Notes: generated from the sequence alone by a model not told the origin. 28,835 nucleotides of DNA from Hormoscilla sp. (GCA_051439505.1 JBFRWI010000084.1:1-28835); one strand, 5' to 3'; positions 16,574 through 26,393 are shown, numbered from the stretch's first letter. Numbers and translations: made by a program.

Positions 16574-18031
16574 ATGGAAAGATTGCGTAGTTGGAAACTA
16601 AGGTATTGGATAGCTGCTGGATATGCAGTCCCGATTTTGCTAGCGTTTTTATCGGCAATTTTGGTATTTTGGAATGTAGGTGTTGCGAGAAAAGAAGACG
16701 ACAAATTGCGAAATTCTATGAGAATTTTGGAAAGGATAGAAAAGTTAGCAATAGAGGTAAAAAACTTGTCCTTGACAACTAGGGCATATCTGCTGGCCGG
16801 AGACGAGATTTCTAGCAAATCTTATGAAGTTGCTATCCAAAATTACGAGAAAATATTATCCGAATTAAATCGATTAGTTGCTGAGGATATCCAGAAAGAT
16901 TTGTTAAGGGAGGTTGATGAATTAGTCAAGGGAATAAATCGCACAGACAAGGAATTAATCGCCCTAGTAAATCGGGGAAAAGCAGAAGAAGCGATCGAGC
17001 AATGGAAAGCAGAAAATGTTCGGCAACGCAGCGATCGCATTAACAATTTGCTGTCAGATTTACTAGAGGCAGAACGGTCCCTGGTCGAGAAAAGCGAACA
17101 GCTGCAAAGGCAAGCTCTAGAACAGCTGGTAATGGTGGTTGTCGGTGCGGCAATTCTGTCGATGTTGGTGGCGCTCTCTGCGGGATATTGGATTATCTCA
17201 GCTATTATCCAACGCATAAACTCCTCCGCCAGCGCGGTAGCGAATTCGGCCACGGAGATATCAGCAACAATAGAGCAGCAAGAACGGACGGCATCTGGGC
17301 AGGCGGCTTCAGTAAATCAAACTACTGCTACGATGGATGAGTTAGCTGCGTCTTCCCAGCAGTCCGCCGAACAAGCAGAAATGTCTGCTTCCGAAGCGCG
17401 TCAGGTATTGAATTTGTCGGAACAAGGCACCAAGGCAGTGGATCGAAGTTTACAGGAGATGTCCCACCTGAAAGACAAAGTCGGAGCGATCGCCTCTCAG
17501 ATCCAGCGCCTGAGCGAGCAAACGAATCAAATCAGTAACATTTCCGGCCTAGTGAGCGACTTGGCAAACCAGACTAATATGCTAGCATTAAACGCAGCGG
17601 TAGAAGCAGTGCGGGCTGGGGAATATGGCCGGGGGTTTGCGGTAGTAGCGGCAGAGATTAGAAAACTGGCAGACGAAAGTAAAAAATCAGCCGAAAAGAT
17701 TAACGTCCTCGTCAATGACGTGCAAGGAGTAATTAGTACCACCATCATTGTTACCGATGATGGCACTAAAACTGTGGAAATAGGAGTGAACATTGCTCGG
17801 GAAACCGCAGAAGCTTTCGTCGGGATGACGGATGCGATTAATAATGTGGTGATTAGCAGCCAGCAAATCTCCCTCAATGCTAAACAACAGGCGATCGCGA
17901 TTTCCCAGGTAATGGAGGCCATGAATAGTCTCAATGAGGCGGCCCAAGAAACTGCTAGCGGCATCAGTCAGGTGAAAAAAGGTACCCAACAGTTGAAGGC
18001 ATCTGCTTCAGAAATGAAATCTGTGATTTAA
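16574..18031 (+). CDS. Methyl-accepting chemotaxis protein with CHASE3-type sensor
   Basis: Two TM segments flanking RAYLLAGD; signalling tip [45 protein letters not shown]. Confidence 0.95.
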   Translation: MERLRSWKLRYWIAAGYAVPILLAFLSAILVFWNVGVARKEDDKLRNSMRILERIEKLAIEVKNLSLTTRAYLLAGDEISSKSYEVAIQNYEKILSELNRLVAEDIQKDLLREVDELVKGINRTDKELIALVNRGKAEEAIEQWKAENVRQRSDRINNLLSDLLEAERSLVEKSEQLQRQALEQLVMVVVGAAILSMLVALSAGYWIISAIIQRINSSASAVANSATEISATIEQQERTASGQAASVNQTTATMDELAASSQQSAEQAEMSASEARQVLNLSEQGTKAVDRSLQEMSHLKDKVGAIASQIQRLSEQTNQISNISGLVSDLANQTNMLALNAAVEAVRAGEYGRGFAVVAAEIRKLADESKKSAEKINVLVNDVQGVISTTIIVTDDGTKTVEIGVNIARETAEAFVGMTDAINNVVISSQQISLNAKQQAIAISQVMEAMNSLNEAAQETASGISQVKKGTQQLKASASEMKSVI

Positions 18032-18066
18032 TCTTGATGATGGGTAGAGCGGGCCATTCACAAATT

Positions 18067-18660
18067 ATGAAACGCATTATCGGTCTTACGGGAGGGATTA
18101 GCACTGGCAAAACTACTGTTTCTAATTATCTGGCAGCTGTTTACAAACTGCCAGTATTAGATGCTGATGTCTGCGCCCGAGATGCCGTGCAACCCGGTTC
18201 CCCCCTGCTGGAGAAAATTGCCGCCCGCTACGCTGCAGACATTCTCTTACCTGATGGTACTCTCGATCGCCCTCAGTTGGGAGAGATTATTTTTCGCAAC
18301 CCCTCCGAACGTCGGTGGTTAGAAGATATTATTCATCCCTACGTGCGCGATCGCTTTCTGGCAGCCATCCATGAAATCTCGGATACCCTCGTCTTAGTCG
18401 TACCCTTGCTATTTGAAGCTCAGATGACTGATTTGCCGACCGAAATTTGGGTAGTAAGTTGCGATCGCCAACAGCAAATTGACAGACTGATGCAGCGTAA
18501 TGCCCTCAGTTTAGAGCAAGCGCATGCCCGGATCAATGCTCAGATGCCTATAGAGGAGAAGTGTCAACAAGCTGATCTAGTATTGGATAATTCATCTAGC
18601 AGAGAAGTGCTGTTAAGACAGGTAGATGCTGCGATCGCTTTTACTGGGTCTTCAAACTAG
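18067..18660 (+). CDS. coaE: Dephospho-CoA kinase
   Basis: IIGLTGGISTGKTTVS, LDAD, LDRPQLGEIIF, IIHPYV, VPLLFEA; start ATG 18067 preferred. Confidence 0.95.
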   Translation: MKRIIGLTGGISTGKTTVSNYLAAVYKLPVLDADVCARDAVQPGSPLLEKIAARYAADILLPDGTLDRPQLGEIIFRNPSERRWLEDIIHPYVRDRFLAAIHEISDTLVLVVPLLFEAQMTDLPTEIWVVSCDRQQQIDRLMQRNALSLEQAHARINAQMPIEEKCQQADLVLDNSSSREVLLRQVDAAIAFTGSSN

Positions 18661-19568
18661 CGATCTGTTGAGAAAACCACAGGGCGGCACTCAGGAAACT
18701 CAATCATCGCCTGTCGGTAGAACTGCGGCAAACCCGTGTCAAAAGATTTGCCTTTAACCACATATCCCATTATTCCCTCGGACTGGCGCAATTTTTCTAA
18801 ACAAGATGTTAGCTGAAATTCTCCCCGATCGCGCCGATCGCACTTAATATTTTCTTCCAGATGCTGAAAAATATTGGCTGTCAGCAGATAGAGACCAAAT
18901 ACTGATAGAAACTCCTCGGAGGCCATCCCTTCTACGTGCAGATGGCGACGGGCATAATTAATATCGGGTTTTTCACATATTTCGCTCACCTCTAGCATAG
19001 CATCTTTTTGCCAAGTGCCAGTAACGCAGCCATAATGATGTATTTCCGAACTTGGCGTTACCCTCACCCCGATCGCGCTTTTACCAACCTGCCCGAACAC
19101 CTCTACTAACTGACGGGCACAGGAAGTTTCCGTTTGTGAAGCGTAAAGATGATCTCCCAGCAGCAGCAGAAAGGGATCTTCACCTACCCATTCCCTCGCA
19201 CAGAATACCGCATGACCGAACCCTTCGGGCACCTCCTGGGTGAGAATCGTAATTTTCTCCCCCACCTCCTGGAGATACTCACAGTATTGCTGCTTTTCCT
19301 CTGATAGTTTGTGCAAATATGCCGGTTGCTTTGTAAAGAAATCCTGAAAATTTTCCCGATCGCCCGGTTGCACCACAATGGCCACTTCCGATATCCCCGC
19401 ACTCAGGGCTTCCTCTACTATTGCTAATACGATCGGCTTCGCCCTTCCCTGGCGATCTATTATCGGCAACAGTTCTTTTTTCACCGCCTTCGTCGCTGGG
19501 AACATCCTGGTCCCGAACCCCGCCGCCGGTATCACCGCCTTGCGCACTTGCTGCTGTGAATTAGTCAT
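18657..19568 (-). CDS. Sugar-1-phosphate nucleotidyltransferase (GalU-like)
   Basis: VRKAVIPAAGFGTRMFPATKAVKKELLP, QEVPEGFGHAV, LLLGDH, EKP, GEFQLT, FDTG. Confidence 0.9.
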   Translation of the reverse strand: MTNSQQQVRKAVIPAAGFGTRMFPATKAVKKELLPIIDRQGRAKPIVLAIVEEALSAGISEVAIVVQPGDRENFQDFFTKQPAYLHKLSEEKQQYCEYLQEVGEKITILTQEVPEGFGHAVFCAREWVGEDPFLLLLGDHLYASQTETSCARQLVEVFGQVGKSAIGVRVTPSSEIHHYGCVTGTWQKDAMLEVSEICEKPDINYARRHLHVEGMASEEFLSVFGLYLLTANIFQHLEENIKCDRRDRGEFQLTSCLEKLRQSEGIMGYVVKGKSFDTGLPQFYRQAMIEFPECRPVVFSTDR

Positions 19569-19813
19569 CTTTACCAATTATCTATGCTCTCATTTCCTGG
19601 CCCTGTTCGAGAACCCTTGGGACTACCTTAAAACTTAACACATTTTTAACTTAATATCTAGCAACCTTTCTTAAATATTCTTTACGGTCCAGACAGCGAA
19701 AACGATCTACTATGAAGAGGATGCCAAAAGTTCTGATGGTCAGGACAAGGGTACAGTGTAATTACTGAAACCCGTTGGTAAACTTGTGTAATCCAAGTAG
19801 GAGATTATACCAA

Positions 19814-20821
19814 ATGATAGATAGCAATGAAATTTTAAGGCGATATACCAAAGGAGAGAGGGATTTTCGGGGAGCTTCTCTGATGGCAGCTAACTTGATC
19901 GGAGCCAACCTCATCCGGGCCAACCTCTCAGGAGCAAATTTGAAGGAAGCAGCTTTAGCCCGGGCCCACCTAGAGCGCTGTCACCTGCTGGAAGCTAACT
20001 TAAATGGAGCTTTCCTGTATAGCACAAACTTGAGTTATGTGAAACTCAAGAGCGGCCAACTGATCGAGGCAGACTTGACGAAAGCAAACCTGAAAGGCGC
20101 TCATCTGGCGAAGGCGGATTTAAGGGGAGCGAAACTCAGCGGTGCTATCCTTTCCTGGGTGACATTTTTTCGCGCTAATTTGCCAGGAGTTAACTTCTGT
20201 GGTGCTAATCTGGATGGCATTAACCTGCGATCGGCCAATCTGGAAGGATGTAACTTGAATTGGACTAACCTGAATGGCGCTCGGTTAAGCGGTGCTAACC
20301 TGAAGGGAGCACAGTTGAATGGAGTCAAGTTGAAGGGCGCTTGGATGAATGGTCTGAAGCTGGAAGGCATTGACTTCAGCGGACTGGAACTCTCGGAGGT
20401 GAAGCTGAGTGGCGCTAAATTAGACGCTGCTAATTTAACGGGTACCGATCTGAGTAATGCTCAGATGCGTAATACTAAGCTCGATGGGGCCAACCTCAAG
20501 CAAGCTAATTTGCATCAGACCAACCTCAAAGGCGGTCAATTCGTGCAAGCAAACTTGATGAAAACTGACTTGCGAGAAACGGATCTCAGGAATGCTGACT
20601 TGAGCGATGCTAACCTCAATTTAGCTAACCTTGCAGGGGCTGATTTAAGTGGAGCTAACCTGCGCGGCGCATACCTCTGGGGTGCTGACTTGGATGGCGC
20701 CTGCTTGCGGGGTGCGGACCTCAGAGGTGCTAGCTTCCGGGATGCTGCTATTCTGGGAGCTGACTTGAATGAGGCGATCCTGACTGGGGCGATCATGCCC
20801 GATGGTAAAGTTCATCATTAA
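19814..20821 (+). CDS. Pentapeptide-repeat protein
   Basis: EILRRYTKGERDF, continuous A[N/D]Lxx repeats, C-terminal GAIMPDG; TAGGAG RBS. Confidence 0.95.
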   Translation: MIDSNEILRRYTKGERDFRGASLMAANLIGANLIRANLSGANLKEAALARAHLERCHLLEANLNGAFLYSTNLSYVKLKSGQLIEADLTKANLKGAHLAKADLRGAKLSGAILSWVTFFRANLPGVNFCGANLDGINLRSANLEGCNLNWTNLNGARLSGANLKGAQLNGVKLKGAWMNGLKLEGIDFSGLELSEVKLSGAKLDAANLTGTDLSNAQMRNTKLDGANLKQANLHQTNLKGGQFVQANLMKTDLRETDLRNADLSDANLNLANLAGADLSGANLRGAYLWGADLDGACLRGADLRGASFRDAAILGADLNEAILTGAIMPDGKVHH

Positions 20822-20840
20822 GTAGCATTGCCCACCTTAC

Positions 20841-20958
20841 GGGTGTGGTCATGCGTCAGAAACCGGGTTTCTTTGTAAATGGCTGTTTTTTGCCTTTAAT
20901 TTGGTCGAAGAAACCCGGTTTCTTGTCTGCTGACTATCAACTACTTGTGACCACACTC
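20841..20958. mobile_element. MITE copy C (118 bp): same terminal family, different internal palindrome, 8-bp TSD
   Basis: GGGTGTGGTCA (20841-20851) / TGACCACACTC (20948-20958); CACCTTAC at 20833-20840 and 20959-20966; subterminal CAACTACTT as in A and B; cargo AGAAACCGGGTTTCT (20858-20872) and AGAAACCCGGTTTCT (20909-20923). Confidence 0.85.
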
Positions 20959-21214
20959 CACCTTACCCCTCTGATATAAAATTGGAGCGACTTCAGCTTC
21001 TTTTTCTAATTCCTCATCGGGATAATCTATCACCGCAAAACCATGTTGTGAAAGCAGTTCATAAAATTCCCATCGGTTACATCCCATAATTCTAGCACCT
21101 ACTCCGCCAGAAATCTGACCAGCATGGTATAGTGAGCCTAATATCTGGATTAAAATCACCTGGCGCAATCTCTCAGGATCTTCCTCTAATACCCGATCGG
21201 GCAATTGCACTTCT
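20941..21214 (-). pseudogene. 5'-truncated orphan copy of the UPF0175 antitoxin gene
   Basis: Near-identical to about 24912-25159; lacks the MK(M)KL start and the toxin partner; stop codon supplied by MITE copy C; a GTG at 21210 could still initiate. Confidence 0.7.
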
Positions 21215-21237
21215 CTCTGCTGGGTAAAACCTCTATC

Positions 21238-22515
21238 TTAGGGATAGAGCAGTACACCCACTACCCCAGCAATGGGAATAATAAGTACCACTTCAGTCTC
21301 CCACTTAAGCAGGGCAACCATGGATCCGGCAAAGATGAGCGCTGTTACTCCATAGGTCAGCAGGGGCTGGCCCAGTTCTAACATGGGCTGGGCGAAGGCA
21401 ATACCAGCAGTAAAAATTAGTCCAACTACCGCCGGGCGGATACCCTTTAGGGCTGCTTGAATCACTGAAGATTGCTTGATTCCCTGTAATAGATGGGAAC
21501 AGGTCAACATCAGCATCGCCGGTGGGAAAAAGATGCCAACCGTTGCCACGATGGAGCCCAAGAAGCCTTTGACGGAGTAGCCGATGGCGGCGGCACTGAT
21601 TAAGATCGGGCCGGGGGTTAGCTGACCGAGTGCGATCGCATTAGTAAACTCTGGCTGCGTAATCCAGCCATAGGTATTAACCACCAGATCCTGAATCATC
21701 GGGATAAACACATAGCCACTGCCAAACAGCAGCAAACTCATCCCAGAGAACGTAATAAATAATCGCGCCAGACTGTCATCGCCGATCGAGGGTAGGGGCA
21801 CGATGTCAAGCACCAAAAAGCAGCTCAAAAATATAAACGAAGCAATAATATCGCGCTTGGATACCACCGCTGGAGCCGCCGCATCGGCCTCGGCATCAAC
21901 TGCTGTATGCTGTTTAACCTCACCGTGGTACCAGAAATAGCCCGCCAGGCCAGATACCAAAACAATAATCAGCGTTGTATAGAAGCCACCTACAAACTTC
22001 AAAAACAGTGCCGATATAACGGCAATTAAAATTGCTCGCCAGTTGCGGAACGATTTAATCGTCTTTTTTCCCATCCGCCAAGCCGCAGCCAGGATAATCG
22101 CCACCATGGCTGGAACAAAGGCCATAAAGGTCTTTTCTACTACCGGAATTGACTCAAACCGCTTGGCATAAACAGAAAAAATGAGCAGGATTATATAGGA
22201 TGGCAGCAGGGAGCTAACGCTAGTCACCAATGCCCCCCAGTTGCCACGGATGCGATACCCCACATAGGCAATGACATTAGCCGCCATGGGACCAGGCAAA
22301 ACAGCCGCCAGCGAAATCCCATCCAGTATATCCTTATGGGTCATCAGCTTACGCTGCTGCACCACAAAACTTTCCACCACTGAAATCAGGGACATAAAGC
22401 CGCCAAAGGCAGTGCTACCAATTTTGAGAAATGTCCAAAATAAATACGCAAATGTTACCGTTTCTGATTTTTGACCCCGCGTCTGCGCCCGAGTGACCAT
22501 CGAATCCTTACCCAT
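21238..22515 (-). CDS. chrA: Chromate ion transporter (CHR) family, long-chain
   Basis: FLKIGSTAFGG, LPGP, second half LLFGSGYVFIP, GQLTPGPIL, GIRPAVVGLI. Confidence 0.9.
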   Translation of the reverse strand: MGKDSMVTRAQTRGQKSETVTFAYLFWTFLKIGSTAFGGFMSLISVVESFVVQQRKLMTHKDILDGISLAAVLPGPMAANVIAYVGYRIRGNWGALVTSVSSLLPSYIILLIFSVYAKRFESIPVVEKTFMAFVPAMVAIILAAAWRMGKKTIKSFRNWRAILIAVISALFLKFVGGFYTTLIIVLVSGLAGYFWYHGEVKQHTAVDAEADAAAPAVVSKRDIIASFIFLSCFLVLDIVPLPSIGDDSLARLFITFSGMSLLLFGSGYVFIPMIQDLVVNTYGWITQPEFTNAIALGQLTPGPILISAAAIGYSVKGFLGSIVATVGIFFPPAMLMLTCSHLLQGIKQSSVIQAALKGIRPAVVGLIFTAGIAFAQPMLELGQPLLTYGVTALIFAGSMVALLKWETEVVLIIPIAGVVGVLLYP

Positions 22516-22701
22516 AGGAGTGCCGCAGAGAAATTTACAATTTACCAGAGGACCAAACTGAGAAGATCATCTCTACAGATCGGTCCCCCTATCACTTAAT
22601 CAAAGCCCTAGCGTAATTGGTAATCTCGTTAGTTGGAAGTTGTGGTTTTGATTTATTATAAATAAAAACCACAACTTTTTGGCAATACCTATAATCTCCT
22701 C

Positions 22702-23742
22702 TCAAAATTGTTGAGACCGCAACCTCTCTTCTACCATGCGCAGATAGTTGGCTCGGAACATCCTCAACTGATAATCTCTTGGAGCGTTCTGTTTTAAACT
22801 TATCCAAGCTTCTTGTTTGCGTTTCAGGCTTTTTGATTTCGCACGCTCGATCATTTCTTGGGTAATCTGAGTAGACCCTTTCGTAATTCGCTTATAGCCA
22901 TAGCGTTCCATATATTCGGAAGTAATGGTCTCAATAATGTTGATCTCTTCTTGAGTTAAGGATTTACTGAATTTATCAATGTTAGCGACAATAGGATCGA
23001 ACGCATTATTTTCCCAGAGGGCTGACAGCTGGGAAAGATTCTGTGCTTCTGATGAAGCGAAAACATCTAACATATCATCGAAAAATTTAATCCCGACGAA
23101 TTGGCAGACTTTTCGGATTACAAGCTCTTGATGTTTCAGAAAGTCCTCATATCTAATGGTCAGGACTTTTTTGGGATACTTTTCAGCAAGTTTTTTCGCT
23201 GCTTCGTGCGCCTTAACCCAGGTCAAGGCGTTTAAGACTGTATCAAATTCATGAATAATAGAAAGATTGATGCTATTGACTTGAGCACGAGGATCGCGAA
23301 CTATATTCAAGAATTTGATGTCATCAAATAAATCAATCAACTCTTCAAAGTCATGAATATTGTCCAAAGACTTATCCATGACAACTTTCGCATGGTGCTG
23401 TTCCCCTGCAAAAAACAACATTTCCCAGGCGATCGCATGAGGACTACGAGGACCTTCTTTAACTGCTTCAAAAATATCCACTGGATCTAAAGAAACCTTG
23501 TCCCATCTACGCATGTTTGCATTTTGCAACCCTATCATGTCAAGGACTAGCTGAAAATATATATCGTCATCATTCAAGTCGCCATATAGCTTTATTAAGG
23601 GTAAGAAATCAACAATGTGAAGCGGATATGGTGAATAAAATTCTCTGGAAAAGTTTAGTCTTAAACGGATAGCATGGCTCCCACAACGCCGAATCGGAGT
23701 CATGAGAATGGGTCGGGGTCTTTGTTTGTTTGTCTGAGTCAT
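22702..23742 (-). CDS. Sulfotransferase family protein
   Basis: 5'-PSB-like RRCGSHAIR, DKS, 3'-PB IVRDPRAQVNS, IRYEDF, IETITSEYMERYGY. Confidence 0.85.
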   Translation of the reverse strand: MTQTNKQRPRPILMTPIRRCGSHAIRLRLNFSREFYSPYPLHIVDFLPLIKLYGDLNDDDIYFQLVLDMIGLQNANMRRWDKVSLDPVDIFEAVKEGPRSPHAIAWEMLFFAGEQHHAKVVMDKSLDNIHDFEELIDLFDDIKFLNIVRDPRAQVNSINLSIIHEFDTVLNALTWVKAHEAAKKLAEKYPKKVLTIRYEDFLKHQELVIRKVCQFVGIKFFDDMLDVFASSEAQNLSQLSALWENNAFDPIVANIDKFSKSLTQEEINIIETITSEYMERYGYKRITKGSTQITQEMIERAKSKSLKRKQEAWISLKQNAPRDYQLRMFRANYLRMVEERLRSQQF

Positions 23743-24189
23743 ATATCCTGCCTACTAATATAACTAAATCCAATGCAATTGTTTCTATTCTATCGCTGTA
23801 GCCATATTTTTTATTCTACATCAGAGGTGTCACTTTAGATAGACTTTTTCTGTTAATTTTTGTTGATTTACCAAAAGCCTTACTCCGCAAAGGATTCGGC
23901 GATCGCAGGGATTAAATTTACTGTGAAAATTATCCATTTCCCGCCGGTTGGTACGGATTCTGGGGGCAATTTTGTCCCCCCGATCTCGTCAATTTCCAGG
24001 TTTTTCTAGTCAAATGCCGGTGTTAAAAGGGCGATCGGGGGTTATATAGGGGCATATTTCCCCAATTTGGCTCGCAACCACCGGCATAACGCGAGGATCT
24101 CGGGAGATTCGCCGGTGGGAAACGACTGCGGTGACAATGCCCGCCAGGACAATGGTATAGTATGGCAGCAGTCTGCCATTTAGTCAAGT

Positions 24190-24218
24190 GTTGGGTTGAG
24201 GCACGAAACCCAACCTAC
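24190..24218 (-). repeat. GTAG-type REP (GTAGGTTGGGTT...AACCCAAC family)
   Basis: GTTGGGTT-GAGGCACGA-AACCCAAC-CTAC. Confidence 0.75.
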
Positions 24219-24416
24219 CCTCAATTTTCCTTCAAGGGCAGCTTTTGCTTGATACTTTGGCCTACCGGTGCCAACTGGCAGGATTGTCGGAGAAGATGCA
24301 ACTGCAACCGGGGTAAGGTCGAATTGGGTTAAATCGGATTAGTTGGAAACTCTGGGATTGACAGTTGGGGTTAATTTCCCTTGAGGTATTGCCCTGCCCG
24401 ATCGGTGTTCTAGTCT

Positions 24417-24902
24417 TCAGTCCAGTTGCTTCATAAACCAATCCAACAACTTCTGACTTATGTAAACCGAACTTTGAGACAACTCTTGCAAAGCTTCCCT
24501 TACTGTGTCTCTAGAAATCAGACCAATTTGATAAGCAATTAACAGCACTCCCAATGTTCCTTTAACATCAAAACCAAGTTCTGTAGCAATGCGACGGCCC
24601 ATTTTCTCATCTATCAATACCCAGTCTGCCTGGATTTCTTGGGCTAACAAAATCACATCTTGCTCACCTCGATCGAGCTTCAGCAATTCAGGAGACAACG
24701 AAGCTGTTTGTGCTGGCGCTTGGACTACGCTCCAATCTACTTGGGCAAGCACTTCAGCGCCAGGCCGTTCTTTGCCCTGCAAAACTACTTCTTCATAAAC
24801 CGAGACAGGGATAAAAACCCGATCGAAGAGAGTATTCAACAGAGAAAAGTGGCCTGTGATAGACAGAGAAATCAGTGGTGTACTGTTAACGACTACTTTC
24901 AA
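24417..24902 (-). CDS. PIN-domain protein (DUF3368 type), putative toxin
   Basis: VVVNSTPLI, IPVSVYEEV, LDRGEQDVI, VLIDEKMGR, GTLGVL; overlaps the antitoxin gene; TTG start. Confidence 0.88.
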   Translation of the reverse strand: MKVVVNSTPLISLSITGHFSLLNTLFDRVFIPVSVYEEVVLQGKERPGAEVLAQVDWSVVQAPAQTASLSPELLKLDRGEQDVILLAQEIQADWVLIDEKMGRRIATELGFDVKGTLGVLLIAYQIGLISRDTVREALQELSQSSVYISQKLLDWFMKQLD

Positions 24903-25173
24903 TATTTTTTACCCTTTTATACCAAATTGGAGCGACTTCAGCTTCTTTTTCTAATTCCTCATCGGGATAATCTATCACAGCAAAACCATGCTGTGATAGC
25001 AGTTCATAAAATTCCCATCGGTTACATCCCATAATTCTAGCACCTACTCCGCCAGAAATCTGACCGGCGTGGTATAGCGAGCCTAATATCTGGATCAAAA
25101 TCACCTGGCGCACTCTTTCAGGATCTTCCTCTAATACCCGATCGGGCAATTTAACTTCTAATTTCATCTTCAC
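24886..25173 (-). CDS. UPF0175-family putative antitoxin
   Basis: LYHAGQISGGVGARIMGCNRWEFYELLSQHG...DYPDEELEKE; directly upstream of the PIN gene; start GTG 25173 or ATG 25167. Confidence 0.85.
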   Translation of the reverse strand: MKMKLEVKLPDRVLEEDPERVRQVILIQILGSLYHAGQISGGVGARIMGCNRWEFYELLSQHGFAVIDYPDEELEKEAEVAPIWYKRVKNIESSR

Positions 25174-25175
25174 TA

Positions 25176-25221
25176 TGTCAGTTGTTAGTTGTCAGTTGTC
25201 AGTTGTTAGTTGTCAGCTGTT
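25176..25221. repeat. Heptamer short tandem repeats (TGT[C/T]AGT)
   Basis: TGTCAGT/TGTTAGT about six times; reverse complement of the CAACTGA array at 16537-16560. Confidence 0.8.
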
Positions 25222-25317
25222 ATATTGAGTCTGATTATCCACAATTTGTGAACCATAACTGACGCCACACTCAGCAAGTACACAAAAATATTTATATACA
25301 CATTCCCCAGGGATTTC

Positions 25318-25338
25318 GGTGGGCGGTGCCCACCCTAC
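25318..25338 (-). repeat. GTAG-type REP overlapping the GHMP kinase stop codon
   Basis: GGTGGGCGGTGCCCACCCTAC; CTA at 25335-25337 is the gene's TAG. Confidence 0.8.
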
Positions 25339-26393
25339 TCTCCATTTTCCTTGGCGATCGCCATCTTGATACATTCCATCTGGGGGAAATCTTCCTGGAT
25401 AATCCCGATCGCCCGCTGTTGACTTTCTCTATCTTTCACTATAAACTGGGCCGTACCATCTCCCTGGGATCCTACACCTTTACCACCTAAAATATATGGT
25501 TGCAGGGGTGGATGATTCAGGAGTGAGTGCAGTATGGGCGCAGTTAATTGGGTCGGACAAGCAGGGATTAAATGTCGGTCAAATTCTGCCTGTGCTTGCC
25601 TCATTAACCTGCCAATTCTTTCTGCATCCCCCTGTTGCATCGCCTCAACGGCATCCTGGGTTATTTTAGCACTTATCGGTCCTAAATAATTCTGCACCGC
25701 CCTTTTAATTTGGTTGCTGGCATGGGGATAGCATTTATTTAGCTGACTGAGGATTTCCTTAGTATTTTTACTTGCACCCAGGTCTACAATCACAAAGAAT
25801 AAATCCTCGGGCACCTGCAACTGGACAATCTCAATCTCCTCTCCGTCATAGGTCATCATTACTGGTCTGTTCCCATAGGCACAGCTTTGATCCATTCTCC
25901 CACACCGACTCCCAGTTCCGATCTCTCCCTGGTACGCTAACTCCATTTCTCCTCTGATAGTTAGCTTTAAGTTGTATAGCCGATCGCAGGCCCGGGCCAC
26001 CAGCACGCAAATAGCCGCACTAGAAGAAAGTCCCTTTTTTACTGGCAAGTCCGTGTAGTAATTATCAATTTCCAGTCCCTCTATGCGATAATAAGTCAGG
26101 GCTTGATAAGCAACCCCAGCAGCATAACTGAAAAAACCTCCCTTTCTCGCCTCCTCTAGCAGCGCTTGCCTTTCCATCGGCAGCTTCAACGGACCGATCC
26201 GCGCCCGATCGCTCATGAGAGCGTACAATATTAATTGGGTAGGATGAGGTTTCACCTCAGCATACAGTCCTTGATTGGTACCGACGCTGAGGGTGTAACC
26301 TTTTTCTAAAGCCGGATTAATGCTACGATAGCCTCCTGCCCAATCACTATGTTCGCCAAACAGACAGAGACGACCGGGAACAAATATTTTCAT
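25335..26393 (-). CDS. GHMP-family sugar kinase (galactokinase-like)
   Basis: VPGRLCLFGEHSDW, LPVKKGLSSSAA, CGRMDQ, GGKGVGSQGDG; ATG 26393 preferred. Confidence 0.9.
   Translation of the reverse strand: MKIFVPGRLCLFGEHSDWAGGYRSINPALEKGYTLSVGTNQGLYAEVKPHPTQLILYALMSDRARIGPLKLPMERQALLEEARKGGFFSYAAGVAYQALTYYRIEGLEIDNYYTDLPVKKGLSSSAAICVLVARACDRLYNLKLTIRGEMELAYQGEIGTGSRCGRMDQSCAYGNRPVMMTYDGEEIEIVQLQVPEDLFFVIVDLGASKNTKEILSQLNKCYPHASNQIKRAVQNYLGPISAKITQDAVEAMQQGDAERIGRLMRQAQAEFDRHLIPACPTQLTAPILHSLLNHPPLQPYILGGKGVGSQGDGTAQFIVKDRESQQRAIGIIQEDFPQMECIKMAIAKENGE

Noticed and set aside
18657..18660. coaE and nucleotidyltransferase stops overlapping in CTAG
   Set aside because: Common convergent-gene overlap; no further signal.
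24090..24150. Cobalamin-riboswitch-like words (CCGGTG...ATGCCCGCC)
   Set aside because: Core B12-box elements are missing and there is no downstream gene on that strand.
23900..24410. Short minus-strand ORFs or a gene relic between toxin and sulfotransferase
   Set aside because: Frames are short and interrupted, with no recognisable family or RBS.
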